Source: an uncultured Rickettsiales bacterium
GTDB lineage: Bacteria > Pseudomonadota > Alphaproteobacteria > Rickettsiales > CAYLHV01
DNA: 64,000 nt
Assembly: GCA_964383745.1 (NCBI GenBank)
Contig: CAYLHV010000003.1
Span: forward strand, 33,590-97,589
Direction: 5' to 3'
In this document: positions 36,334-46,423 of the stretch, in pieces
Layout of the letters: each line of letters opens with the position of its first letter
Position numbering within the stretch: position 1 is the first letter of the stretch
Notes under the pieces: model-generated
What the model saw: the letters and a program-made list of their open reading frames with translations, nothing else
Told to the model about the DNA's origin: nothing
Databases searched by the model: none
Program-made: the position numbers and the translations under genes

Positions 36334-37128
36334 ATGCTGAAAATTGCCACATGGAATGTGAATTCAATCAGATCGAGGCTTGTGCATGTGCAAGATTTTT
36401 TAAAAGAAAATCGCATAGATATTTTGCTCCTGCAGGAACTGAAATGTGAAAATCACCAATTTCCACAGGAAATTTTTGAAGAAATGGGCTATAACATGGC
36501 GATTCATGGTCAGAAGTCTTATAATTCTGTTGCAATTTTGTCCAGATTTTCCTTAGAAGACATTAAAACAAATTTTCCATCATGCCCAGATCCAAGCCAA
36601 GCGCGATATGTTGAGGCTGTCATCTCTCTGCCAAATAATGACGCAATGAAACTAATTTCGGTTTATGTGCCTAATGGAATGGAAGTTGGTTCAGAAAAAT
36701 TTTTATATAAACTAGATTTTCTAGAAAATTTCACTAAACATCTCAAAAATGAACTTTCATTAGACATGAAAATTGTGGTAGGTGGTGATTTTAACATTGC
36801 CCCAACTGATTCTGACATCTACAAAGCTTCTGGGTTTGAATCTGGTCTTTGTGTTTCGCCACAAGAAAGGGCTCATTTTCAAAAAATGTTAAATTTGGGA
36901 TATAGTGATGCATATAGATCAAAAAACCCTAATAAAATTGAATTCACATGGTGGGACTATAGAGAATCTTCATGGCAGCAAAATAAAGGTTTGAGAATTG
37001 ATCATTTTCTCCTGTCTCCAGAAGCTCAAGATCAACTATTGTCATGCCACATTGACATGGAATTTAGGTCTCGTGAAAAACCATCTGACCATGCTCCTGT
37101 CATCATTGAATTAGGTGTAAAAGAATGA
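36334..37128 (+). CDS. xth: exodeoxyribonuclease III
   Basis: 264 aa. [11 protein letters not shown]...LLQELK...GDFNIAP...DH.P is typical of the Xth/EEP family. Confidence 0.9.
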   Translation: MLKIATWNVNSIRSRLVHVQDFLKENRIDILLLQELKCENHQFPQEIFEEMGYNMAIHGQKSYNSVAILSRFSLEDIKTNFPSCPDPSQARYVEAVISLPNNDAMKLISVYVPNGMEVGSEKFLYKLDFLENFTKHLKNELSLDMKIVVGGDFNIAPTDSDIYKASGFESGLCVSPQERAHFQKMLNLGYSDAYRSKNPNKIEFTWWDYRESSWQQNKGLRIDHFLLSPEAQDQLLSCHIDMEFRSREKPSDHAPVIIELGVKE

Positions 37129-37613
37129 CAGAAATTCCAGAAGTGGTAATATATACTGATGGTGCATGTGCTGGAAATCCGGGTGCTGGTGGTTGGGGAG
37201 CTATTCTTGAATTTCGGGATAAAAATAATAAATTAATCCGTAAAGAAATTTCTGGCTGCGCACATGACACCACAAATAATCAAATGGAATTACAGGCGGC
37301 AATTGAAGCTTTGTCTTGCTTAAAGAAAAGATCTATAGTAAAATTATACACTGACAGCATATATGTCAAAAATGGCATTACTGAGTGGATTTTATCTTGG
37401 AAGATTAATAATTGGCGAACTTCTTCTAAAAAACCAGTTAAAAATCTTGATTTATGGATGAAGCTTGATGAACTTGCAAGTCAGCATCAAATTCAGTGGA
37501 ATTGGGTCAAAGGTCATTCTGGACACATTGGAAATGAAAAAGCTGATAAACTTGCTTGTGAGGCAAGAGACCAGGCCATTAATTCGAAATTAGTAAAGGG
37601 AACAAATGTTTAA
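37125..37613 (+). CDS. rnhA: ribonuclease HI
   Basis: [22 protein letters not shown]...[14 protein letters not shown]...W.KV.GH.G...NE.AD. Confidence 0.92.
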   Translation: MTEIPEVVIYTDGACAGNPGAGGWGAILEFRDKNNKLIRKEISGCAHDTTNNQMELQAAIEALSCLKKRSIVKLYTDSIYVKNGITEWILSWKINNWRTSSKKPVKNLDLWMKLDELASQHQIQWNWVKGHSGHIGNEKADKLACEARDQAINSKLVKGTNV

Positions 37614-37971
37614 ATTTAGTCTTTCAACTTTTCTTACTACAATGTTTTTTGCTCAACATGTTGGCACTGACGAATTTGGTAATAAATATTATATCTCAAA
37701 ATGTAAAAACCATAAAGGGCAGAATAAAAGATCGGTGATTTATAAAGGCATTGCTGAGCCTTCAAAAATTCCACCAATGTGGCATGCCTGGATTCACTAC
37801 ATGACAAATGAAATCCCTGAACAAAATGCCAAGAAATATAAATGGATTCGTTCTCATAAGCCAAATTTGACTGGCACTGAACAGGCCTATTATCCACCTG
37901 GTCACCCTCTTGGTGGTGGGAAGAGAAAAAAAGCCGTTGGGGACTATCAATCTTGGAATCCGCATAATTAA
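37606..37971 (+). CDS. NADH:ubiquinone oxidoreductase subunit NDUFA12-like protein
   Basis: 121 aa. [10 protein letters not shown]...PPMWHAWIH is typical of alphaproteobacterial NDUFA12 homologs. Followed by mlaD and DUF2155, as in other alphaproteobacteria. Confidence 0.8.
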   Translation: MFKFSLSTFLTTMFFAQHVGTDEFGNKYYISKCKNHKGQNKRSVIYKGIAEPSKIPPMWHAWIHYMTNEIPEQNAKKYKWIRSHKPNLTGTEQAYYPPGHPLGGGKRKKAVGDYQSWNPHN

Positions 37972-37994
37972 TTTAAGTCATTAGAGGTTTTTAG

Positions 37995-38444
37995 GTGAAT
38001 AGAAATATCGTTGAAACAATAACAGGTGCTGTGGTCATTTTGGTGGCGTTGCTTTTTTTGCTTTTTGCCCGCGACAGCGTGACAATGGTTCATGATTCCA
38101 AAGATTCCTATAAAATTGAGGCGAAATTTGACAATGCTGATGGCATCATTGTTGGAAGTGACATTCGAATTGGGGGCATCAAAGTTGGTTTTGTCAGCAA
38201 ACAATGGCTTGAAGATGAAACTTATTTGGCAGCTTTAGAATTTTCAGTTCATTCAAATGTCAAATTGCCAGTCGACTCATCTGCGCAAATTGTCAGTAGT
38301 GGCCTTCTGGGTAATAAATATATTGCCATTGTTCCTGGTACAGAAAATGACATGCTCACTGATAAAAGCACCATAAAATTTACCCAATCTTCAGTTAATT
38401 TGGAGAATTTGATTGGTAAATTCATGTTTAATGGAGAAAAATGA
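37995..38444 (+). CDS. mlaD: outer membrane lipid asymmetry maintenance protein MlaD (MCE domain)
   Basis: 149 aa, GTG start with AGAGG upstream, an N-terminal TM helix and an MCE core (GSDIRIGGIKVG.V). Confidence 0.8.
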   Translation: MNRNIVETITGAVVILVALLFLLFARDSVTMVHDSKDSYKIEAKFDNADGIIVGSDIRIGGIKVGFVSKQWLEDETYLAALEFSVHSNVKLPVDSSAQIVSSGLLGNKYIAIVPGTENDMLTDKSTIKFTQSSVNLENLIGKFMFNGEK

Positions 38445-38451
38445 TTTGAAT

Positions 38452-38880
38452 ATGCGTCAGTTTATTTTTCTTTTGCTGTTTTTAATCATCAATCCCTGCT
38501 TTGCTGAAGAAATTGTTCATGAGCAAATTTTTGAGGTTCCTGGAGAGGAGACTTTTGATGATATTAAAAGAAATTTTCAGCCATATGTCATCTTGAGAGG
38601 TTCTAATAAAACCACGGCTAGAAGCACGAAAATTTCTGCTGCTGTTAATGAGAAAATTTCTTTTGGTAATTTGGAAATATATGCAAGAGCTTGTTGGAAA
38701 GCGCCTGTTGATTCAAAACCTGAAAATAAAGTTTTGCTTGAGATTTTTGAGAAAAAACCCCATGAGGAGACCAAAAGAATTTTCTTTGGTTGGATGTTCT
38801 CAAGCAGCCCTTCGGTTTCCACTCTTGAACATGCGCTCTATGACATTAATTTACTTGAGTGTGCTTATCAAAAACCATAA
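38452..38880 (+). CDS. DUF2155-like secreted protein
   Basis: Signal peptide MRQFIFLLLFLIINPCFA. Position directly after mlaD, as for DUF2155 in alphaproteobacteria. The assignment is by synteny and recall. Confidence 0.55.
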   Translation: MRQFIFLLLFLIINPCFAEEIVHEQIFEVPGEETFDDIKRNFQPYVILRGSNKTTARSTKISAAVNEKISFGNLEIYARACWKAPVDSKPENKVLLEIFEKKPHEETKRIFFGWMFSSSPSVSTLEHALYDINLLECAYQKP

Positions 38881-38895
38881 TTTACAAGGTGCCAC

Positions 38896-39456
38896 ATGAA
38901 AATACGCTGTTTTGGAAATAAGCCAGGTCAGGAATTTTATGCTAAATATCATGACGAAGAATGGGGCGTGCCTGTTCATGATGATGTTAAATTGTTTGAA
39001 ATGCTCATTTTAGAGGGAGCGCAGGCTGGTTTGTCTTGGGAAACCATTTTAAAGAAAAGAGCAGCCTATCATGCAGCTTTTCATGATTTTTGCCCAAAAA
39101 AATGCGCAATGATGACTGATGATGAGCTGAATGACTTGCTCTCAAATTCCCAAATTGTTCGAAATAGGCTCAAAGTTTATTCTGTGCGCAGAAATGCAAA
39201 AATCTTTTTGGAAATCCAAAAAGAATTTGGGTCTTTCGATTTTTATGTCTGGAGGTTTGTTTCAGGAAAAACTCAGGTAAATCAGTGGCATGATTTTAAA
39301 GAAGTGCCATCCTCTGATGCGGTCAGCGAAAATCTTTCAAAAGATTTGAAAAAAAGAGGGATGAATTTTGTTGGCCCAACAATAATTTATGCTTTCATGC
39401 AAGCAGTGGGAATGGTTAACGACCATTTAACCAGCTGTCCAAAATTTGGGCAATAG
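38896..39456 (+). CDS. tag: DNA-3-methyladenine glycosylase I
   Basis: YHDEEWGVPVHDDVKLFEMLILEGAQAGLSWETILKKR and a C-terminal DH...CP are typical of Tag. Confidence 0.9.
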   Translation: MKIRCFGNKPGQEFYAKYHDEEWGVPVHDDVKLFEMLILEGAQAGLSWETILKKRAAYHAAFHDFCPKKCAMMTDDELNDLLSNSQIVRNRLKVYSVRRNAKIFLEIQKEFGSFDFYVWRFVSGKTQVNQWHDFKEVPSSDAVSENLSKDLKKRGMNFVGPTIIYAFMQAVGMVNDHLTSCPKFGQ

Positions 39457-39502
39457 AATTTTACCTTATTTTTGTGATATTTAACTGAAGCCACTGTTTT
39501 TT

Positions 39503-39518
39503 TGGCACGTCATATGCA
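39503..39518 (+). promoter_or_regulatory. sigma54 (-24/-12) promoter TGGCAC-gtcat-ATGCA upstream of fliK-flgD-flgE
   Basis: GG at 39504-39505 and GC at 39516-39517 with the canonical spacing. One mismatch to TGGCAC-N5-TTGCA. 50 nt upstream of the fliK ATG. Confidence 0.6.
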
Positions 39519-39568
39519 TTTACAATTAAGATGATTTTTATTTTAACTTAATTGGTGAATCTATCATT

Positions 39569-41044
39569 ATGAATAATGCATTAATGAATGCGATTGCAAA
39601 TTTTAATTTGTCAGGAAAAATTCCTGGAATGCAGGTCAAAAATCTAACGGCTCAAAATGATGTGAATCTTTTGTCTTCAGAGAATTTTGGCTTATTATTC
39701 GGGAAATTTATTGGCTCAGAAAATGTGCAAAATGTGCAAAATGAGATCTCTGAGCTTAACCCAATTCCCACAAGCACAAGCCATTTTGACTATTTGACTG
39801 TGCCTACATTAAATTTTGAGTCTTTGGCAGCAATTTCAGAATTTAGTCAGAATTTTGATGGTCAGGTGATGAATGTTCAGCAAGTGCCGCATCTTAATGA
39901 TATTATGCAAAAAATTGCTTCTTATGAGAAAGCTAATTCTTTTTTTCAAACTTTAAATCAAAATGTACAAGTTAGTGATTCAGATTTAGTGGAGATGACG
40001 CATGAACCTTTAGCGAATGTGCAGAATTTAGAAGAGTCATTTACTGAGCCTGTAATTGTTGCGCAAAATGGGGTGGTTGAGGTGAATGTTGTTCATGAGG
40101 CTGTAATTCAGAATGAATTAAGCCAAGAGCCAAAGCCACAAGAAGTGAAATTGGTGCATTTGAGCGAGCAATCTGTGGAGAGTCAGGAAAATTCTAATGA
40201 GATTATTCCAAATGATGAGATGAATTTTGATGTTTTTTCTGAATTAGGGGAAGGGGAGATGGGCCAAGAGCAGAAAATGGTTGAGCAAATTTTAGCTCCG
40301 GAAGAAATTTCTGTGGTTGAAAAAAATGTTGCGGAAAATCCTTTGCAACAAAAGTTTGTGCCACAAAATCTTGTTTCAGAAGAAATGGTTGATGACTTTA
40401 AATCAGATGATTTTAAACCAAATGATCAAGAATTAGAGATTCAAGATACTCGCGGCTCAAACGAAAAAATCATGTCTGAGAATGCTAGCAAGAATTTTGG
40501 CAAAGAGGGAAATGCTGAAAATTCTGAGCGATATGAGATTTTGGAGGTTGAAGAAAATTCTTCTATAAAATCTGAGAATGGTAAGAATTTTGTGAAAGAA
40601 ATGAGTAAGATTGATGGGAAAGTCAAAATTTCTTCTGCAGAAAATGTAGCTCTTAAAGAAAACATACAAGAACAAATTAATGTTAATGTGGCAAAAGCGT
40701 TGAAAAATGGTGATGAGAAAATCACAATTCAATTAAAGCCTGTTGAGCTTGGCAAAATTCACATCACAATTGAGAAAAATGCAGGCACACAAGTGATCAC
40801 CATTAATTCTGAGAAGCCTGAGACAATGGAGCTTTTGCAAAAAGATGCGAATAGTTTGGAAAAAATTCTTGTGTCGAAATCTGAATTTACGAATTTGAGT
40901 TTTGGATTAATGAATCAGGAAAATAAGCATAGTCCTGAAAAAGCAATCTTTCAATTTGATGAAGATGTGAAAATTGAAGAAGAAATTATAACAGAAAATC
41001 TAATCGCAAGCATTGAAAATGATCGCTTAGATTTGGTGGTGTGA
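39569..41044 (+). CDS. fliK: flagellar hook-length control protein FliK
   Basis: 491 aa with a low-complexity acidic/Gln-rich N-terminal part and a C-terminal hook-length-control domain (ITIQLKPVELGKIHITIEKNAGTQVITINSEKPETMELLQKDANSLEKIL). Immediately upstream of flgD. Confidence 0.75.
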   Translation: MNNALMNAIANFNLSGKIPGMQVKNLTAQNDVNLLSSENFGLLFGKFIGSENVQNVQNEISELNPIPTSTSHFDYLTVPTLNFESLAAISEFSQNFDGQVMNVQQVPHLNDIMQKIASYEKANSFFQTLNQNVQVSDSDLVEMTHEPLANVQNLEESFTEPVIVAQNGVVEVNVVHEAVIQNELSQEPKPQEVKLVHLSEQSVESQENSNEIIPNDEMNFDVFSELGEGEMGQEQKMVEQILAPEEISVVEKNVAENPLQQKFVPQNLVSEEMVDDFKSDDFKPNDQELEIQDTRGSNEKIMSENASKNFGKEGNAENSERYEILEVEENSSIKSENGKNFVKEMSKIDGKVKISSAENVALKENIQEQINVNVAKALKNGDEKITIQLKPVELGKIHITIEKNAGTQVITINSEKPETMELLQKDANSLEKILVSKSEFTNLSFGLMNQENKHSPEKAIFQFDEDVKIEEEIITENLIASIENDRLDLVV

Positions 41045-41069
41045 AATTTAGTTTATAAATGAGAAAAAA

Positions 41070-41984
41070 ATGTTAGAAGATGTTGGTAATTATTATAAAA
41101 CAACTACAAATCCAGACAGATTTAAGTTTGATGAAACAAAAACTGAAGTTGCGAAGAAGAGAATTGGGAAGGAATTTAATAATTTTATTACAATTCTAAC
41201 CACAAATTTGAAATTCCAAGACCCCACAGATCCAATGAAAACTGAGGATTTCACACAGCAAATTGTTTCTTTTGCCAGTGTTGAGCAATCTTTAAACACT
41301 AACTTATTGCTTGAGCAGCTCATTGAAGATAATAAACGCTCCAAACTTGATGAAGCTTCTTCCTATATTGGAACTGAAGTTGGGATTGATACGCAGAATG
41401 ATACATTTAGAGGGGTGATGGCGAAATTTAAATATAATTTACATGAAATTGCTAAAGAAGTGAAAATATATGTTAGGGATAAGAATGGAGTTATTTTGCA
41501 TGAAGAGCAGCTGGAAGCAAGCATGACAAAAGCATATTATAATAAAAAAACAAATCAATTGGTGAGCCAAGAAGATTTGAAAAAATCGCAAAATCCTGAT
41601 GTTGATTTTGATGTGGAATTTGTTAAAGCTTTTCCAGCTGGATTGCATGAATATGTCTGGGATGGAATTTATAAGGATAGATATGGAAATTTCCAAAAAG
41701 TTGAAGATGGGGAGGAGCTTTCAATTTCTGTGATTGGTAAAAGTGCTGGTGGGAAAATAATATATGATGAAGAGGAAGCTGCGAGAATGCAGAGCTCTGG
41801 TTCCCCAATAGATGTTAAGCCACTGGTGGATTATGGTGTGCGTGGCGTTGTGCAGGAAGTGAAGATGCAAGATAATGGTAAAAATTTACTTGTAATTAAA
41901 GATGAGCATGGAAGAATGAGAAATTATCCTCTTTCACAGGTTCATAGTGTTTATAGTTCTAGAAGAAATAACTCAGGAAATTGA
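41070..41984 (+). CDS. flgD: flagellar hook capping protein FlgD
   Basis: FITILTTNLKFQDPTDPMKTEDFTQQIVSFASVEQ matches the conserved FlgD N-terminal motif. Confidence 0.85.
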   Translation: MLEDVGNYYKTTTNPDRFKFDETKTEVAKKRIGKEFNNFITILTTNLKFQDPTDPMKTEDFTQQIVSFASVEQSLNTNLLLEQLIEDNKRSKLDEASSYIGTEVGIDTQNDTFRGVMAKFKYNLHEIAKEVKIYVRDKNGVILHEEQLEASMTKAYYNKKTNQLVSQEDLKKSQNPDVDFDVEFVKAFPAGLHEYVWDGIYKDRYGNFQKVEDGEELSISVIGKSAGGKIIYDEEEAARMQSSGSPIDVKPLVDYGVRGVVQEVKMQDNGKNLLVIKDEHGRMRNYPLSQVHSVYSSRRNNSGN

Positions 41985-42011
41985 TAATTTTTTTAATATT
42001 GGAGGAAAAAA

Positions 42012-44126
42012 ATGAGTTTATATGGTTCAATGTTTTCAGGCGTTTCAGGAATGAGCGCGCAAGGTTCAGCAATCGCGATGAGTTCTGATAATATAGCAAA
42101 TCTGAATACGGTTGGTTATAAGAAAAATTCAGCGCATTTTTCAACTTTTGTCACAGGTTCTGGTGCAAAAACCGGCTATTCAAGCGGTGGTGCCACTGTT
42201 GCTAATCATCAATTGATTGACAAACAAGGTACAATGCAGACAACTTCAATTGAAACAGATTTAGCTGTTGCAGGAAGCGGTATGTTTGTTGTTAATAGTG
42301 AAGCTGACGGTACTGGGGAATATGCATATACCAGAGCTGGCTCATTTTCTCCAGATAAAAAGGGAAATTTTGTTAATAAAGCTGGTTTCTATCTTCAAGG
42401 TTGGCAGCTTGACAGCGAAGGTAGGCTTCCTGGAGAAGTTGGGAATTTAGACACAACTTCAAGTTCTTTGCTTGAAAGTCTTTCATCTGTGAGCACTAGA
42501 ACAATCAGTGGAACAGCTTCTGCAACCACAAAATTGCAACTTGGTGTTAATTTGGATAGTACTCGGCCTATTTATCAAGGCGCTGGAGAGACGGTTAAAT
42601 TCCCTGTAACTTCCATAAATTATAATATTGGAAGTAAAGATGTGATAATTCCTGATGCAACAGCGGGGGTCACTTTAGTGCAAGGAGACATTCTTTCCAT
42701 GACTCCTCAAGTGCCAGGCACTCAATATGATTTTACTTATGGAGGGGTGGAAATTAGTAATGATATTTCAGGGGGTATTTTAGGGGCGACATCAACTACT
42801 ACGCCTTTCACGGCTGCTGCGGTTGATGATACTTTTACAATTTCAACTCCAACAATCGGCACCAAGAGTTTTGTATATAGATCTTCTGCACCAAATCCAC
42901 AAAACTCTTTTCAAACTCTCGAAGGCCTCGAAAAGAAAATCAATGAAGTTGCTGGTCTATCTGCAAGAATTCAAGGAAATTTTTTATATATCACACCATT
43001 AAATGCTGAAGAAGGCCTCACTTTTACAGATGTCACTGGCACTTTTGCCGCCTCTTTAGGTTTAGCGAACACTCTTCCTGCAACAAATCGATTCTCAACT
43101 TTAGAGGGTTTAGAAAAATTAATAAACTTAGACATGCATGCAAGTGTTGGTGCTAAAATAAATAATCCAATTACTGGTGCTTCTTTAGAATTTTTTAACA
43201 CAGATCCTCTTGGTAGCATTATCAGTAGTGCAACTGCCCTTTCTGGCGTGCCAGCAGATCATTTGCAAGTGAGAGCTCAATTTGGACTTGATGATTCAGC
43301 GCAAGCAGTGACTTTTGATGCGGTTTATGATGCTGCAGATGATACTAAAAATATGGCAAGCGGAAATATTCAACCTGAGTCGACTTTTAATACAAGAATA
43401 TATGATGCTCTTGGAACTGGGCATGATTTCTTAGTCAGCTTCATTAAAATTGCTAATAATAAATGGGCAACGGAAGTTTATTCAACAAAACCCGAGGAGT
43501 TGAATAATGTTGGAATTTCCGGTCAAGTTGCTGCAGGTATCATTGAGTTTAATGGAGATGGGACATTGAATGATGTTAGTAACGTTTTAACACAGCCAAT
43601 TACTATTGCCTGGGATAATGATGCTTCAGTCAGCAACATCCAAATTAATTGGGGAACGGCTGGTAGTGAGGCTGGAACAGTGGGGGCGGTGACGATTGGT
43701 AAAAACGATGGTTTAGGGCAGCTTGCATCACCTTTCAATCTCAATTATATTGAAAATAATGGTATTTCACCAGGTTTGTTAAATGGTGTGCAGGTTGATG
43801 ATGAGGGGAATGTAATTGCGAATTTCAGTAATGGCTTTTCTAGAAAAGTTTTCAAATTACCACTTGCACAATTTGCAAATGTTAATGGTCTGGCTCCTAA
43901 AACTGGCAACGTCTTCACAGAAACACATTCGTCAGGAACATTCAATTTGAAAGAAGCAAAACAAGCCGGAATGGGCAGCATTCAATCTGGTCAGCTTGAG
44001 CAAGCAAATGTGGAGCTTGCTGACGAATTGACAAAAGTGATCATTGCACAAAGGGGCTATCAAGCAAACTCGAAAATCATTAAAACTGTGAATGATTTGC
44101 TAGAAGAGCTGAACCGTATTCTTTAA
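42012..44126 (+). CDS. flgE: flagellar hook protein FlgE (704 aa, large central insertion)
   Basis: N-terminus MSLYGSMFSGVSGMSAQGSAIAMSSDNIANLNTVGYKK and C-terminus LEQANVELADELTKVIIAQRGYQANSKIIKTVNDLLEELNRIL are canonical rod/hook motifs. Confidence 0.9.
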   Translation: MSLYGSMFSGVSGMSAQGSAIAMSSDNIANLNTVGYKKNSAHFSTFVTGSGAKTGYSSGGATVANHQLIDKQGTMQTTSIETDLAVAGSGMFVVNSEADGTGEYAYTRAGSFSPDKKGNFVNKAGFYLQGWQLDSEGRLPGEVGNLDTTSSSLLESLSSVSTRTISGTASATTKLQLGVNLDSTRPIYQGAGETVKFPVTSINYNIGSKDVIIPDATAGVTLVQGDILSMTPQVPGTQYDFTYGGVEISNDISGGILGATSTTTPFTAAAVDDTFTISTPTIGTKSFVYRSSAPNPQNSFQTLEGLEKKINEVAGLSARIQGNFLYITPLNAEEGLTFTDVTGTFAASLGLANTLPATNRFSTLEGLEKLINLDMHASVGAKINNPITGASLEFFNTDPLGSIISSATALSGVPADHLQVRAQFGLDDSAQAVTFDAVYDAADDTKNMASGNIQPESTFNTRIYDALGTGHDFLVSFIKIANNKWATEVYSTKPEELNNVGISGQVAAGIIEFNGDGTLNDVSNVLTQPITIAWDNDASVSNIQINWGTAGSEAGTVGAVTIGKNDGLGQLASPFNLNYIENNGISPGLLNGVQVDDEGNVIANFSNGFSRKVFKLPLAQFANVNGLAPKTGNVFTETHSSGTFNLKEAKQAGMGSIQSGQLEQANVELADELTKVIIAQRGYQANSKIIKTVNDLLEELNRIL

Positions 44127-44148
44127 TTCTTGACTCCTTAAATGATGG

Positions 44149-44185
44149 AACAAGCCTCGCTTTTATGAGATGAGGCTTGTTTTTT
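44149..44185 (+). terminator. rho-independent terminator of the fliK-flgD-flgE operon
   Basis: 10-bp stem aacaagcctc / gaggcttgtt with a 13-nt loop, followed by TTTT(T), 23 nt after the flgE stop. Confidence 0.8.
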
Positions 44186-44346
44186 AGTTTTAATGGCCCG
44201 GAAACATTCAATTTTCTCTCTGCATAGGGGACTATTCTAGTCCCCCCCTGAAAAACCCCGAAGATCATTGGAAACAGTTGACGATGAGGTATAAATTTTC
44301 CTCCCGATTTTGATTTTTCAGGTTCGAGCGTATAATCAACATAAAA

Positions 44347-46143
44347 TCATGTCCCTAGTCCTAGAGAAGATGATGCAGCGGAAGAAATTTGCTCAGTATG
44401 TGTTGCCGCTGGTGCTGAGATTCTGCGTCTTTTAGTATCTTGCAGAATTTCTTCTATTTCCTGCATTCTCTGCTTTCCCTGCATTCCCCAGGTCCTTGCC
44501 ATGTCTAATGCGGTGTCACCCCAGTTATTTTGAGCATGAATGTTGGCACCTCTCGCTACTAACAACTCCACAACGTCTTTATGACCACAAATAGTGGCGG
44601 ACATTAACAGAGTATGTCCTTCTTGAGATGACTCATTAACATCTGCCCCTTTGTCTAGTAATAATTCCACAATTTTTGTGTGACCGGCACAAACAGCTAT
44701 CCTCAAAGCAGTTTTTCCATCATCATTCCGAAAATTAATGTCAATTTCTCCTCGCGCAAGCAACATCCCAAAAATTTTTGCGTTACCTTTATGAGCAGCC
44801 TTTGTCAAAGCATTGTCTTTATAATACTTAGTCTGAATACTAAGATCAATTCTCTCGTGTGCCAGCAACATCTCTACAATTTCTTCGTCACCCCTATTAA
44901 TAGCAATCATTAAAGCATTGTTTACACCCTCATTCTGAACATTTGGGTCAATTTCCTTGTGTGACAGAAACATCTTCACAATCTTTGCTTGACGTCTCTC
45001 AACAGCCATCATCAAAGCGGTTTCTCCCCACCTCTGATAATTTGGATCAATTCTCTCATGTGCCAGCAACATCTCCAGCATTTTTTCGTTACCCCTAAGA
45101 ACAGCAGTCTCCAAAGGAGATGGTCTACCACAAGCATTTGGATCAATTCCTTCTTGTGCTAGCAACATCTTTACAATCTTTTTGTTACCTTTATTAATAG
45201 CAATCGTCAAAGCGGTTTCGCTTCTTTCATTCTCAGCATTCAAGTCAATTCCTTTTTGTGCCAGCAACATCTCTACTATTTCTTCTTTACCATCAGCAAC
45301 AGCAGCCATCAATGCAGAATATCCATGCCGATTCTGATTATTAACACCTCCCATATTTTCCAGCCAAACTTGAACCTTTGTTACATCACCTTCACGAATC
45401 GCAGCAAATAATTGTGCAAATCTTATAGTAAAAAATTTTTCACGTTCCAACATCTCCACAATTTCTGTGTGACCTTTCTGAAGAGCAATCTGCAATGCAG
45501 TATTTCCATGTCGATCTACAGCATGAAAATTAAACTCCCAATACCCTCTATGTTCTAGTAAAGCTCTAACCGTCGCCACATTACTTTTACTACTCGCAAT
45601 AGATAATTTTTCAAGTGCCAACATATCCGCAATTTTTCCGTGACCGCTAGAAGCAGCAATAGAAAATGCAGTTTGACCATGCCAATTCTTCGCATCAATG
45701 TAAATTCCTTCTTGCGCTAGCAATAACTTTACAATTTCTTCCTTACCATTATAGGCAGCAGCAATCAATGTAGTACGCCCATATTGATCTGCAGCATTAA
45801 CATCTCCTCCATTTTCTAACCAAGCTCTAACCTTCGTCTCATCACCTTCACGAATCGCAGGAAATAATTCTTCAAGTTTCAATATATCCGCAATTTCTTT
45901 GTGACCTTCAATTTCAGCAATCTGCAACGCAGTTTCTCCATGCTGATTCTCCGCTTTAATGTCAATTCCTGTTTGAGCCAGCAGCATATTCACAATTTCT
46001 TTGTTACCAACATGGGCAGCAGCCATCAATGCAGTATTTCCATCCTGATCTACAGCATTAACATCCCCACTATCATTTAACCAAGCCCTAACCTTCACCA
46101 CATAACCTTTACGAATCGCAGAAAATAATTTTTCCTTTGTCAT
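44347..46143 (-). CDS. ankyrin repeat protein (598 aa)
   Basis: About 15 ANK repeats with a recurring LLAQ.GID... linker. Ser/Ala-rich C-terminal tail. Confidence 0.9.
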   Translation of the reverse strand: MTKEKLFSAIRKGYVVKVRAWLNDSGDVNAVDQDGNTALMAAAHVGNKEIVNMLLAQTGIDIKAENQHGETALQIAEIEGHKEIADILKLEELFPAIREGDETKVRAWLENGGDVNAADQYGRTTLIAAAYNGKEEIVKLLLAQEGIYIDAKNWHGQTAFSIAASSGHGKIADMLALEKLSIASSKSNVATVRALLEHRGYWEFNFHAVDRHGNTALQIALQKGHTEIVEMLEREKFFTIRFAQLFAAIREGDVTKVQVWLENMGGVNNQNRHGYSALMAAVADGKEEIVEMLLAQKGIDLNAENERSETALTIAINKGNKKIVKMLLAQEGIDPNACGRPSPLETAVLRGNEKMLEMLLAHERIDPNYQRWGETALMMAVERRQAKIVKMFLSHKEIDPNVQNEGVNNALMIAINRGDEEIVEMLLAHERIDLSIQTKYYKDNALTKAAHKGNAKIFGMLLARGEIDINFRNDDGKTALRIAVCAGHTKIVELLLDKGADVNESSQEGHTLLMSATICGHKDVVELLVARGANIHAQNNWGDTALDMARTWGMQGKQRMQEIEEILQDTKRRRISAPAATHTEQISSAASSSLGLGT

Positions 46144-46423
46144 TTTTTAACTCCGTTCAATAGTTCAACAAAACCCTCTGTTAACATAGTAACATGAGTA
46201 AGCGGCAAGAGTCAAGTTAAATAATTAAAAAAACATTTTGTTGCTTTGCAGTCTCCTTGTAAATCAAGGAGATAGCCAAAATTCAAGAACGAAGTGCAAC
46301 AAAGGTTAAAGTTTCTGGAGAATTTAACAATCCTGCCTCAACTCAGGTAATTCTTGCTTGCAAATGGGTCAAAAAAAGGCTAAAATTCCATCATCGAAAA
46401 ATTTAAATTAAAGGAAGTGCAAA

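Noticed and set aside
46317-46336. Shared motif ggagaatttaac[a/g]at..cctgc at 46317-46336 and 60084-60105 (both in ankyrin-gene spacers)
   Set aside because: Only a 12-nt exact core. By rough expectation (4^12 versus about 10^10 position pairs on both strands, more in an AT-rich sequence), hundreds of such matches arise by chance. Not enough to call a regulatory site.
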